Assembly: GCA_030390025.1 (NCBI GenBank) | Contig: CM059431.1 | Location: forward strand, 134,542,001 to 134,606,000 | Direction of reading: 5' to 3' | Source of the DNA: Squalus acanthias | Taxonomy: Eukaryota | Length of the DNA: 64,000 nt | Part shown: one piece after another, positions 35,611 through 48,376 of the stretch | How positions within the stretch are numbered: the stretch's first letter is position 1 | How the letters are laid out: each line of letters starts with the position of its first letter | Made by a program: the position numbers and the translations under genes | Notes under the pieces: model-generated | Databases searched by the model: none | What the model saw: only the letters and a program-made list of their open reading frames with translations | What the model was told of the DNA's origin: nothing

Positions 35611-36935
35611 CAACACTGAAGCTATCACATAATTAATAAATATTAACATTTCAGAAACAGAAAACAAGAGCGCATAAATGGGGAAGCAGAAAACATTAAC
35701 TACTATGGAACCTGTGGTAAATTCACAACAGAAAACTTCATTGGAAAACTCAATGAAGGGCCATCTATAAGCAAGAATTTTTTGACACCATTTTCTCCAA
35801 CTTAACATTTTGCCACTTTTGCTGTCTTGCTACATTTGCACTGTCCTCTCCAGCAGGAATGGACAGCCTGCAACTTTCTTTATAGCTGTTATCAATTCCA
35901 CTCAGCACTGGCTGACAGGAGGAATGATTTGTAGGTTAGAATAGGTCTCGGTCAGTCTGCTCTCCCACTAAGCTATCAAAAGCCTTTCAATTTGTTAGCC
36001 TATTGGAAAACTAGAAACATTCACCCATTACTGACACAGAGGGGGTCATTTTAACCCCCAAAAACAGCTCGATTTGGGTCGGGTTGGAAGTTAAAATGTA
36101 AAAAATCTGAACAGGAACCCAAACCGCCTCAAACCCGCCCACTTCCAAGAAAGATGCAGAGTCAAATGTGCAGGAATGTTTCAGATCTAATGAATAAAAT
36201 GATCAATCTGACTTCACAACATCCCTAATGTATTTGTTTCATTTTGATTTGTTAGAGGTTATTCAAACTTTCTCTTATGATAGTATGAATTAGAAAATAT
36301 TTGGTTGCTGTGAATTTGACAGATATCATTTGTCACACGTGCATTCATACAATCAGTGGAATTGATTGCATGAGTACTGAAATCAGAAAGACACCATATC
36401 TGACTGGGTCTGTAGAGCATATAAATGTCAAATTGATATTATGTTTAAAAGTAGCTTATTTGTAGAATGAAAAAGGTATAATTTTCCAGTCATATCAATT
36501 TATTCTTGAGATATCTTGTAAAATGGTGGATTATTGCAAGTTGAGTTGACTCCCGCTGAAACAGAATGCGTAGTGTAATGGAATGGGATGGGGCGGGGGT
36601 AGGAATATTACCAAGTGAGATGTGTGGAGCTTCGTGGATGGAAGCAATGACAATAAGGGCCGCCTGACACATCAGGGATTGAAACAGCAGCTGTTGGAGG
36701 GCTGCAACAGTGAGGTACGGCAAATATTGCACAAAGTTTGAATAGAAACTCTAAGGGTGAGCAGCGAATTATAGCACCAGAAAGAGCAAGTGAAAAGGAA
36801 ACTAATTAAACATTTATTTTTGTAAAATTGGGAAACCGACAAATGGTGCTGCAAGCAGCAAGATAGAGGAGTCCGCTGGTCAGCTATTTAGGGAGAGCAG
36901 ACGAGCCTCTTTTTATGGTTCTCCTTATAAACTTC

Positions 36936-37470
36936 GGCTGGAATTTTCTCAAGGGAGGCGGGTTGGGGGCAGGCGGCCTCCGAGGCGGGCGGGAAATCCG
37001 GGAGGCCGGGTTTCCCGCAGGCCCTGTCGACTTTAACGGCCTCATCATCATCGTTGGAGGGGGGGGGGGGGCGCGGTGATTGGAGGCCTCGTGGGGGGGT
37101 CTCCCCCACGAGGGGTTGGTTAGATAGGGACCATGGATCCAGGAGGTGGTTATAAAGCCACTTACCTACTCGATGCAGCAGTCCCCGCCTCCGTTTAACT
37201 GCCAGGTTTCACGAATTGTGTGATACCCGCCCACAGGCAGTTAAACACAAAATGGACGGGAAAAAAGAGGCTTCCAGCCTCATTACAATATTTAAATTGA
37301 GGGAACGCCCTCTGGGAGTGGTTTGGTCACCTGCCCCCCTGTCCCGCCTCTGACAAAACCAAAAGTGGGCGGGTTGGAGGCGGGATCATGTTGGGAATCA
37401 CGTTTTTAACAATTTAACTGCCCCCACGCTCCAAAGCCACCTGTTTGATTTTAAGGGGAAAATTCCAGCC
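36936..37470. mobile_element. Harbinger-like MITE
   Basis: Perfect 13-bp TIR GGCTGGAATTTTC / GAAAATTCCAGCC. Confidence 0.78.
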
Positions 37471-37547
37471 TTTATCTTTTCAAACTTTTACTGAGTTATT
37501 TTGAAGTTGACCAAAGATTTGAAAAGAGATAGAATACAAGGAGTTAA

Positions 37548-39560
37548 GGCCTCGAAATGGGATAAGGCCTGAAAACGGGCGGGGGCACCGGCCAGCCCCA
37601 TTTGCTTGCAGCTCTTCTAAGTGGTGCAGGCAGCAGGCAAAATTCGTGCTGCCTCCTCATTAACAGGATTGGAGCGCTGATCTGAGCGCTATACACGCTG
37701 CTGCTTGGCTTAGCGCTGAACGGGGGGGCCAATATCGGGTGCAGTATTAATGGCCAATAAAGTTTGGCCTAGGCTCTCTCCATTACTTAAAGGGGAGGTG
37801 CTTTGTTGCAGTAGCACCTGGAGAAACAATGGCCCAACCACCTAGAGAACGAGCCAGACGATTTTCAGATGCAGCACTGGAGGTCTTGGTCCAGGGGTCC
37901 CAACAAAGGCGGGCTGTCCTTTACCCGCAGGGTGGCAAGAGGCCATTCAAAGTCATCAGCAGAAGGTTATGGGAAGAGATTGCACAATCCATCATGGCCA
38001 CTAGTGTTGTCCAAAGGACCTGAATCCAGAAAAGTTTAATGACTTCACACGGCAGGTCAAGGTGAGTGAAGGCTTCAGCAAATGCCATATCCCACCATCT
38101 GCACCACAGGCCTCACACACTGCTCAATGCACCACACCCCCAGCACTCACCTACCAACAATCTCCATCTATCACCACTCAGACCTCACAATCATAGCTTC
38201 GCTTAACCCTTACACGCTTACCACTGCTGCAACACTCACACCCACATCTCACACCTTGCATACACTGCCAGCTATTCAACCATGACAGGCACATCACCGA
38301 AACACATTGCACAACACTTGCTGACACACTTCCCTTTCTCCAGGCACAGAACAGACGTGAGCAACAACAGACGGGAGGCGACCAAACCACAACTGAGAAT
38401 CTGATGAACCTCGAGGACTCTGTCCTTGAAATTATTGGAGGGGCAGTGACAGAGTCCGTTGCCATGGAGAAATTGAAACCATTGCTGATGATAACGGTAT
38501 GGTCATACCTAATCCTTCTTCTCACATCCCACTTCCCCTTCATCCCACAATATCTTCTCACTTACAAGCTGCTGATGCTGTATGCATGGATATCTTGCTC
38601 CCCCCCTTCCCTCACCACAACCTGACCCTTGTGCCATTCTGCTTTCAGATCCCCAAGAAGTGTCACCAGCGCAGCCTGTCCCTCATCATCAGCAGCAAAC
38701 TGACGGAGGAGACGAAGAAGAGACACCCGCACTGCATCTGACACTCACAGACACCAGCTCAGAAAATGGCACTGCGCGTACTTTAGAGGGTAGTATAGAG
38801 GCGGTATTTGCATGTGGTGAGTCACTGGGCACGAGTGGGCTGCAGCATGGAGGAGTCTGACTCCAACACTGCACGGGCCTTTGCGCAGAGCTTGGATCCC
38901 ATGATTTCCAGGATGGAAATGATGGACAACTCCAGGAGAGACCTTGTGGACCCACGAATGATGCTGGGTGTGATAGGCGATCTTGCAGCTTCCATTGCAG
39001 CACAGGTGGAAGCGACCCAACATCTCACTGCTGTAGTGGAAGTGCAGACTGCTCTCCTGCAGGCTCAGCTTGCTGTCACACAAGCTCAGACTGCTGCCAT
39101 CATCGCTGGGTTTATGAGTGTTGAAAGTAGCTTGCAGGGTTTCACAGCAGGCCAGTAATCTGCCCTCCAACAGATTGCTAGGAATGCTGAGGAGCTGCCC
39201 CGGGGGAGTGGCAGTGGGTCTGTGGAGCAAGAACCTGCTGTCCTCTCTTAGGATGACAGCATTCCTACTCCAACCACTGCCACTCCGCCATTGCCCTTGC
39301 TGCTGCTTGTCAGCCAGCCAGACCAGACTGCTGCCACCTATGCCGAGGTGGTGCAGTCTACATCCGGGCCTTCCAGACCCAGAGCTGATCGAGGTCATCC
39401 TGCAAGGACATCTTCTGCCCCACTGAAAGTCAGCAGCCTTCCACCAGCCATGCTGCAGCCACGGCTGGAGCACTGCGTTGGAGCACTAGAGGTAGTACAG
39501 GCACATGAAAGACAGACACTAAGGGAATGCACAAGAGTGAATAGCTGAGATTGTCATTGA
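37548..39560 (+). mobile_element. Harbinger-like element with spliced Myb/SANT-like ORF (pseudogenised)
   Basis: Left TIR ggcctcgaaatgg; RARRFSDAALEVLVQ...LWEEIAQ...RT*IQ..KFND; donors 38062 and 38497, acceptors 38343 and 38648. Confidence 0.75.
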
Positions 39561-39579
39561 CTGCTGCCAGGATAGCGGG

Positions 39580-40173
39580 CATTCACCTGCCTCAGCTCAT
39601 CTGCTGCTGAAACCCTCATCCATGTCTTTGTTACCTCCAGACTTGACTATTCCAATGCTCCTCTGGCCGGCCTCCCATCTTCCACCCTCCCTAAACTTGA
39701 GCTCATCCGAAACTCTACTACCCGTATCCTAACTTGCACCAAGTCCCGTTCACCCATCACCCCCGTGCTTGCTGACCTACATTGGCTCCCGGTCCGGCAA
39801 TGCCTCATTTTAAAATTCTCATCATTGTTTTTAAATCCCTGCACGGCTACATCCTTTACCATCTCTATAACCTTCTCCAGCCCTACAACCCTCCGAGATA
39901 TCTGCGCTGCCCCTCCAATTCTGGCCTCTTGCGCATCTCCTATTTTAATCGCTCCACCATTGGTGGCTGTGCCTTCAGCTGCCTTGGCTGTAAACTTTGG
40001 AATTCCCTCCCTAAACCTCTCTGCCTCTCTCTCCTCCTTAAAACCTTCATCTGTCCTAATATCTCCTTATGTGACTCGGTGTCAAATTTTGTTTGATAAT
40101 CACTCCTGTGAAGCGCCTTGGGATGTTTTGCTGCATTAAAGGCGCTATATAAATGCAAGTTGTTGTTGTTGTT
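39580..40173 (+). mobile_element. L2 LINE 3' fragment
   Basis: LADLHWLPVRQ..FKIL, LWNSLP, tail ggcgctatataaatgcaag(ttg)n. Confidence 0.88.
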
Positions 40174-40214
40174 ATACTGGTCTCATTGAAGGCTGGGGTC
40201 AGGTGGTTTCCTCT

Positions 40215-40500
40215 TGTTTGAGATGGTAATTAACTGCCACTTGCCACTTGTCTGCCTAAGGCTTGTTATCATCAAGGTTTTGCTGCAGGCTTGCATGTGA
40301 TGTTTCATTATTAGAGGAGTTTTGAATGTAGTTAAACATTGTGCAATCATCAGCAAACAGCCTAACTCCCGACCTTATGATGGAGGGAAGGTTATTGATG
40401 AAGCAGCTGAAGATGGTTAGGCTGAGGACACTTCCTTGAGGAACTCCTGCAGCAATGTCCAGGAGGTTTGACAACCACTTTCCTTTGTGTAAGGTATGAC
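40215..40500 (-). mobile_element. LINE RT fragment (same family as 2236-3153)
   Basis: GVPQGSVLS...LFADDCTMF. Confidence 0.8.
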
Positions 40501-41076
40501 TTCAGCATTTTAGAAGTGTGGTCAAACATCATTTGTCTTTTAGAAATCTATGCTGACTGGTTCCGATTAATTTATGTCTCTCCAAGTGCTTAGTAATTTC
40601 ATCTTATATTATAGGCTCTAGTAGTTTACATCTGAGTAAGACTAACTGGCCTAGAATTTCCTGGCTTATCCCTGTCTACTTTTATGAAGGGGACAGGCAC
40701 AATTGGTATCCTCCAGCTCTTTCGCCACAAAATGTTGGAAAATAAATAGTCAGAGCTTCCATAATTTCGTCCCTAGCTTCCATTAGGATTGTGAGGCTTC
40801 ACTCATCTCACTGGCAGCATTAGATCTGCTTTCCTTAAAACAGTGGCAGAGACAGTACCCAGTACTAATCTCTCAAGATAGCAGCATATAGGCAAAAATG
40901 CCCATGAAGTCTCACAGAAGGCACAGCCTGCAGCAGGTCCATCTCGGGACGTAGCTGCAGTGAGAGGAAGGCCACCTCAGCCCCAAGAGGCTGCTATAGT
41001 AATGCAACAACCATCCATCTCAAGCACTCCTGCCATTCAGGTAGCACCTAGAAGAAGCACAAACTCTCACTTTACA

Positions 41077-41952
41077 CAACAACAACAACAACTTGTATTT
41101 ATATAGCACCTTTAACGTAGTAAAACATCCCAAGGCGCTTCACAGGAGTGTTATAAGACACATAAGAGGAAATTAGGGCGGATGACCAAAACCTAGGCCA
41201 TATGTGGTTGGAAGCTCATTTCAGGGTCAAATATGACACCGAGGTTGTGAACAGTTTGGTTGAGCAGCAGCCAGATGCTAGGGAGAGGGATGGAGTCGGT
41301 GTCTAGGGAATGGAGTTTGCGGCAGGGACCGAAGACCATGGCTTCGGTCTTCCCAATATTTAATTGGAGAAAATTTCTGCTCATCCAGTACTGGATGTCG
41401 GACAAGTACTCTGACAACTTAGAGACCATGGAGGAGTCGAGAGAAGTGGTGGTGAGGTAGAGCTGGGTGTCGTCAGCGTACATGTGGAAACTGACACCGT
41501 GTTTTTGGATGATGTCACCAAGGGGCAGCATGTACAGGAAACTCTTTATTAACCGGCACCGACGGGACCGGCGTGGTGCCGGTTTATCGAAAGTACCGGA
41601 TAACAGAGAGTTATATCTACCGAGGCTATTTTTAACAAAGAAAAATAAATAAATCAAGAAATGTGCAGTATACTTCCGACAGCGCCAGGAGGCCGAGTAG
41701 TGGCACTTTTGAAAACTACCCCTACTGACGAAATCGGCGTTCGCGGACTCGGACTCGGACTCGGGATCGGCAACATTGCCGGTTATTTGAGAGGAGTTTT
41801 CGGAGTACTCGGCGTTCGCGGAGACTCGACTGCGACTCGGCAACATTGCCGGTTATTTGAGAGGAGTTTTCGGAGGATGATTTTTGCCGGTTAAGCGAGA
41901 ATTCCGGATATTTGGGTGCCGGATAAACAAAAGTTTCCTGTAGATGAGAAAT
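41077..41952 (-). mobile_element. L2 LINE 3' fragment, interrupted by a TA-flanked MITE
   Basis: [10 protein letters not shown]; (caa)n tail at 41077-41092. Confidence 0.85.
41535..41940. mobile_element. Tc1/mariner (pogo/Tigger-like) MITE
   Basis: TIR CAGGAAACT...CCGGCACC / GGTGCCGG...AGTTTCCTG; TA TSD; removal restores L2 gcatgtagatgag. Confidence 0.88.
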
Positions 41953-42415
41953 AGACACTGGCAGAAAGGATGGAAAAAAGTACTAGATTTTACTAAAATT
42001 ATGGCGAGACTAAAGTTGAGCATGCAAACATTGGCCTAGAAATTGGATTGCTTACCGCCACCCATTTGCGCCGCTATCCTGGCGAAAAATGGCAGCCGTC
42101 ACTCTAGCACCCTTGTCTGGCATAGGGCTCAGCGGCCGCCATTTTGGTGAGGGCCTTAGCGCTGCACTGGCCCTGGTGATGTAAATGAAGACAGCGTGAC
42201 GATAGTCGGTGTGCAACGCCAACTTGACGCCATGTCTGCGAACTTCAACCTTCGCGCTGAATTCAGCACTGGGTCCTAAGCTTGCCGTGAAAAGCGAACG
42301 TTCAGCAGACTGACAGAGATGCTGTCAGCACTTCTTAAAAGGACACATGCATCTTTCAGGTAAGTTTGCATTAAAGCTTTTGGACTGGATTTTTAAAATT
42401 TTATTGAAGTAGTGG

Positions 42416-45400
42416 TGTAAAATTCGCAAATTATCGCGATTTTGAAATAACGAGAAAGAGAGACACAGATTCGTTAAAACAGTTTTATTTCAGCAAAATG
42501 CTGTCAGGTTTCAAAACGGACACAAGAAGCCTGTAAAATGGCCGCCGCGCCTCGTGGCAGAAGTTTCTAGACTTTCAGTAGGCAGACAAGATGGCGTTCC
42601 AATAAACTTTTCAGCAAGATCGGACAATGCTCAGCATATATTGATATAAGACAAGACGCGATCGTTTTGCATTTTGACACCTAAGCAAGAAATATAAGTG
42701 CTGGAATCGGTTTTCCATACACAAACGAGGGCTATTGTACTGAGCAATCAAGGGCCCATCCAAAGACATTGATATGCAAATTCCCCACGGCTCTACGATG
42801 AGAGAGCCGTTCGCGGGTACTCACAGCAAGAATTCGGAGGCCCCCAAAACCCCTCCAGGGAGACTCCTAGCCGGTTCCACAATGGGAGAAATATTAACGG
42901 GTACTTAGACAGTTACAGGGACTCAAGGCGGATAAATCACCTGGACCTGATGGCTTACATCCTAGAGTCTTGAAGGAAGTGGCGGTAGGGATTGTAGATG
43001 CATTGGTAATAATTTTTCAAAACTCCCTGGATTCCGCTAAGGTCCCGGCAGACTGGAAAACTGCTAATGTAACACCCTTATTTAAAAAGGGCAGTAGACA
43101 GAAGGCTGGTAACTATAGACCGGTTAGCCTAACATCTGTGGTAGGTAAAATTTTGGAGTCCATTATTAAGGAAACAGTAACAGGACATTTGGATAATCAT
43201 AATTTAATAGGACAAAGTCAGCATGGTTTTACGAAGGGGAAGTCATGTTTGACAAATTTGCTGGAGTTCTTTGAGGAAGTAACATATAGAGTGGATAAAG
43301 GGGAACCAGTGGACGTAGTGTATTTAGACTTCCAAAAGGCATTTGACAAGGTGCCACACAAAAGATTATTGCTTAAGGTAAAAAATCACGGGATTGGGGG
43401 TAATATTCTGGCATGGATAGAGGATTGGCTATCTAACAGAAAGCAAAGAGTTGGGATAAATGGTTCATTCTCAGACTGGCAATCAGTAACTAGTGGTGTT
43501 CCACAGGGGTCAGTGCTGGGTCCCCAACTCTTCACAATCTATATTAACGATTTGGAGGAAGGGACCAAGTGTAACATATCAAAATTTGCAGATGATACAA
43601 AGATGGGAGGGAAAGTAGTGAGTGAGGAGGACATAAAAAACCTGCAAGGGGACATAGACAGGCTAAGTAAGTGGGCAGAGATTTGGCAGATGGAATACAA
43701 CACTGGAAAGTGTGAGGTGATGCACTTTGGCAGGAAAAATCCTAGAGCAATTTATTATCTTAATGGCAAGAAACTGGAGAGTACTGAAGTGCAAAGGGAT
43801 CTGGGGGTCCTGGTGCACGAAACTCAAAAGGTTAGTATGCAGGTGCAGCAAGTGATTAAGAAGGCAAATGGAATGTTGGCTTTCATTGCTAGGGGGATAG
43901 AATATAAAAATAGGGAGGTATTGCTTCAGTTGTACAAGGTATTGGTGAGACCGCACCTGGAATACTGCATACAGTTTTGGTGTCCTTACTTAAGGAAAGA
44001 CATCCTTGCTCTCGAGGCAGTGCAAAAAAGGTTCACTCGGTTAATCCCGGGGATGAGGGGGTGGTCATATGAGGAGAGGTTGGGTAGATTGGGACTCTAC
44101 TCATTGGAGTTCAGAAGAATGAGAGGCGATCTTATTGAAACATATAAGATTGTGAAGGGGTTGGATCGGGTGGATGCGGGGAGGATGTTCCCGATGACGG
44201 GTGAGACGAGAACTAGGGGACATAGTCTTAGAATAAGGGGCTGCTCTTTCAAAACTGAGATGAGGAGGAACTACTTCACTCAGAGGGTGGTAGGTCCATG
44301 GAATATGCTGCCACAAAAAGCTGTAGAAGCTACAACATTAATTAAATTTAAAACAGAAATAGACAGTTTCCTAGAAGTAAAGGGCATTAAGGGTTACGGG
44401 GAGCGGGCAGGAATTTGGACATGAGTCTAGGTTCGGATCGGTCATGGCCCTGTGGGTAGTGGAGCGGGCCCAGGGACTGTGTAGGTGATTCTGCTCCTAT
44501 TTCGTGTGTGCAATTCTGTTAGATGCAGGAGATGGTTCTGTGATAGATAGTAGATTGGCGGTTAGGATCAGATCAGCCATGATCTTATTGAATGGCGGAG
44601 CAGGCTCGAGGGGCCGATTGGCCTACTCCTGCTCCTATTTCTTATGTTCTTATGTTCTTATGTTCTTACAAGTATCACCGAAACCCATTAACAACAAGAA
44701 CCACCCCATACAAGAAGTTTGAGCGCCAAAACATGACAAAAGATGAACATTAAGTTTGGGCGGGAGATAAGGAATTACAGTACTATAACTGTAGTGTCCA
44801 AACGTCCATCTTTCTCTTATCCTTTTCATTCGCTTGGAATCGACTCTTGGCTCTTATCCCGGACGACCGTTATTCTCTCTTGTTCCGCTGATCCCTTTTG
44901 GGGTCGACCTCGTGGCGCGCTGCGAAATCGGGTGCACCATCCCGAAGGTCGGTAAACGGTGTCTGGACCCAAAGGCTCGAGGAGATGAGATGAGAAGAGA
45001 AGAAGAAGAATCCACGTGCCGCCGCGGTCAGTAAACCCCGACCGCGCCCGAAATAAGTGAACTTTGTTAAGCTATATAGGTTTTGATCGGAAATCCGAGG
45101 TCAACACAGATCTTCATAACAGCAGACGATTTAGCCTGCTAGCCGGAGCAGAGCAAATAAACAAGTGGGGTACAGAGACCCCTGGTCAACACGTGAATGG
45201 TCAGGTGTTGCAGCGAAAACAGCCGAGCGCCGTTTTAGAATTCTCCGAGGTATTACGAGTGGTGAGCATGTTTCTCGATCCTACAGATCTAGATTAGAGC
45301 AGGCATTGATAGGGGAGGGGGGTTTTATTAAGGATAATTATAATGTGTGTCCCCTTTTTCGATGTGTCGTGCGCTCCTCGTTTCCCTAAACCTAGTTTAA

Positions 45401-45693
45401 TAAATGTATGTAAGCTTGTACTGTCATTAATCTGTGCTTATGACATGTATTTCGTAATTCTCAACAATATGCAATAAAGATTTCCATTTTGTACTATTCA
45501 ACCGGGTCTACCTGAGTTTTCTCTGCATTACTGCTCTCACACCTAAGTCCAGTGTCAGAACCGTAAGGGCGAGTGGGTCGAACCACTCACAGGTGCTTAT
45601 TGCAACAAGGCTGGCCGGAGACCAGAGCAAGCGATAGTATTAGGCAACGAAGGCCTAACCCCGCACAAGCACCCTGGACCGAAACCCCTTACA
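42416..45693. mobile_element. Solo LTR (~1.5 kb without the CR1 insert)
   Basis: TGTAA...TTACA termini with exact 4-bp TSD GTGG (42412-42415 and 45694-45697). Confidence 0.75.
42901..44668 (+). mobile_element. Young 5'-truncated CR1 with open RT frame
   Basis: Uninterrupted 484-aa ORF 42970-44424 ([26 protein letters not shown]); (ttcttatg)n tail. Confidence 0.95.
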
Positions 45694-45794
45694 GTGGCTT
45701 GGTGCAATACATGTTAAAAGTTTTTTTTAAGTGCGCAGTGAGTGCCGCTGGATGCTTGCAAGGCCTCGGATGGTAAAGGAAGGCCTCTGAGAAG

Positions 45795-45932
45795 ACAGAA
45801 AATGCTGGAAATACTCAGCAGGTCTGGCAGCATCTGTGGAGAGAGAAACAAAGTTCACGTCTCAGGTCAAAATGCTGCCTGACCTGCTGAGTATTTCCAG
45901 CAATTACGCTTTTATTTCAGATTTACAGCATC
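45795..45932. repeat. Penelope-derived inverted (palindromic) short element
   Basis: 31-bp inverted arms 45803-45833 and 45872-45902. Confidence 0.75.
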
Positions 45933-47903
45933 CACTCGCAGAGGGAAGAGGAGGAAGCAGAAGAGGAGGAAGCAGAAGGAAGGATGCCACCCAAATAGCC
46001 TCTTTCTGGCCAGGATATCTGGGATGGAATCATCCGCCTGAGGTACCAGTGACCACAACCCCAATTCCCCTTTCAATATTTGTCCCACACCTTACCTTCC
46101 CTCCATTATTGACCATCACAGGGTCCTCTTGGTCACAATGCTGAAATAAAAGCCACCACAAAACAAACTTTCCAATCCAACTTTAGGCATCTATCCATCC
46201 AATATGACATCAAGAAATCAACTCATCACCCTTATGCATTCCCTTAGTGACTGTCTTGTGTGTGCCTTTGCCTATCCTACTGATGTCACACAGTGCTACC
46301 TCAGTGGCTGCAGCATGGCTGATGGAAGGCTGCTGACTTTCAGCGGGGGACACTGCAGATGGCCTTGCTGGTCAACCTTGAGGTGCTGGTGGCTGGGAGT
46401 GTGAAATCGAGTATTTCTTTTTCTTCACTCTCCTCTCCCTCTTCTTGGTCAACCACTGGCTGGGCAGGCTGCATTTCTTGAATGTGTGAAATGAGGAAGG
46501 CACAAGGATGGAGTTGTGGTGAGGGGAGAGCGGGAAAGCATAAGGTACATGCCAGAAGGAGGATAATGTATGAGGATACCAGCATCTTGTATCCTTTCAG
46601 CCCCGCCGCTGGCGAAGGGCTCAGCCATGCCCCTGCCAAGAATGGCCTGCACCGTCTCCTCCAAGGGCGTGAGGTGAAGGTGAGGTGTGCCTCGTGTTTG
46701 GTACAGATTTTTGAAAGGTGAGTGCTAGGGGGTAGGTGCGAGTTGTGCATTGAGCAGTGTGTGAGGCTAGTGGTGCAGTTGCTAGGAGATGGCTTTTGAA
46801 GATGCATTCATTGACCTTGACCACTGGTTTGAGGTCATGATGCTTCTTTGGATACTGGAGCCAGGTCGTGGGGGCGACACTGTTGGCAGTGACAGCCTCG
46901 GTGATTTGGTCCCACATCCTTATTTCTGGAGAGCCTCCTGGCCCCTGTGGGTAGAGGACCTCTCTTGCAGTGTTAACCCCCTGCACAAAGTTGGAGTGCT
47001 GCTTGCGAGACCCTGGGTGACCCTTCGTTGGCTTGCTGAGCCATTTGTGTTTGTGCTGAAGCACATTTCCCATTTTTTTAGGTGCGGAAGGCAATTCAGA
47101 TTTAAGAACTGAAGACTCCCATTTGGGAATTCTTTTTAATAATTTTTTTTCAGAAGGCAGCTGAGCTGTAAGGGCTAAAAACGGACTCTTTTTACATTAT
47201 TTTTTTTTCATTTCAGAAGGCTGTTCCCCTTTAAGAGACCAAACTGCTTTCTGTATGACAGCCTCGCTTTCAGAGAAGCTGTTCTAGCTGCAATGACGCT
47301 ATGACCACACTACATTGGGGCCTCCTGCCGGGATGAACACCACCAGGACGGTGTTGCACAATGAGTTTAGCACTCGTCTAATGTTAATTAGTCCCCAGCG
47401 CCAATATTTTTGGTCCTGCCGAGGCCACCATTTTTAGCCCATTGTTTTTAAGATTTGGAACTGGCTTTGATCAGGTGGCATGAATGGGAGCGGTGTGATG
47501 TGATACGCATAGACAATTGACTGTAGGTAGAAAATGGTCTGCAGGTAGATAATGGTGTACAGGTGGTGGTGGGGAAGATATAGATAGGATTGTTCATCTT
47601 GTGGCCAGAAGTGGTAGCCAAGAGCAGCTCTCCCATATCAAATTGTCTCTTGCAGTCAGCAAAAGGTTGTCCTCCACATTTTTTTCGAGGCCGCTGTTCT
47701 TGTTGTTGGTGTCTGTGCTCCCAACGAAGCCTTCACTTTCTGGGGCTTCCATGACGAGGCCTTTTTGTGAGGCACAGCTGTGCAGCATATAGCGCACCGA
47801 TATTGTCTGGAGATCCTTATGGACAATACTCCAAACCCAATCCCCAATCGATTCAGGTATGTCTTCAATATGCCTAAGGCATGCTCAAGGTGTCAGCCTT
47901 GTG

Positions 47904-48170
47904 TCAGTGGTAGCACACTGAGTCAGAACGTTGTGGGTTCAAGTCCCATTCCAGGACTAGAGTACATAATCCAGGCGACACTCCAGTGCAGTACTGAGGG
48001 AGGGCTGAGGGGCCATCTTTCAGATGAGACATTAAACCAAGGCCCCATTTACCTTCTTGGGTAAAAGATTCCATGGCGTTATTTGAAGAAGAACAGGGAA
48101 ATTTTCCCAGTGTTATGCTCAAAATTTATCCTTCAACTTATGGTCAAAATTTATCCCTCAACCTATACCA
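47904..48170 (+). mobile_element. tRNA-derived SINE (DeuSINE/SacSINE1-like)
   Basis: tcagtggtagcac...gggttcaagtccc...cagtactgagggag. Confidence 0.75.
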
Positions 48171-48376
48171 TCAAAAACTGTGCACAGTGTGGCCTAACCG
48201 AGGTTCTATATAATTTCAAAATAACTTCTCTGCTTTTCAATTCTATTCCTCTAGAATTGAACCCCAGTGCTTTGTTTGCACTTTTTATGGCTTTGTTGAC
48301 CTGCATTGCTACTTTTAATGATTTGTGGATCTGTACCCCGAAATCCCATTGCACCTCTACCCCATTTAGAGTCTTA

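Larger units (their letters stand above)
42033..47440. mobile_element. Harbinger-like element hosting nested insertions; minus-strand Myb/SANT remnant at ~46200-47050
   Basis: TIRs ggcctagaaattgg / ccatttttagccc; TSD att/att; REVLYPQG...WDQITEAVTANSVAPTTWLQ. Confidence 0.7.

Noticed and set aside
42970..44424. Domesticated or host RT gene
   Set aside because: 5'-truncated, lacks the endonuclease and an ATG start, and ends in a CR1 tail; the open frame is explained by young age.
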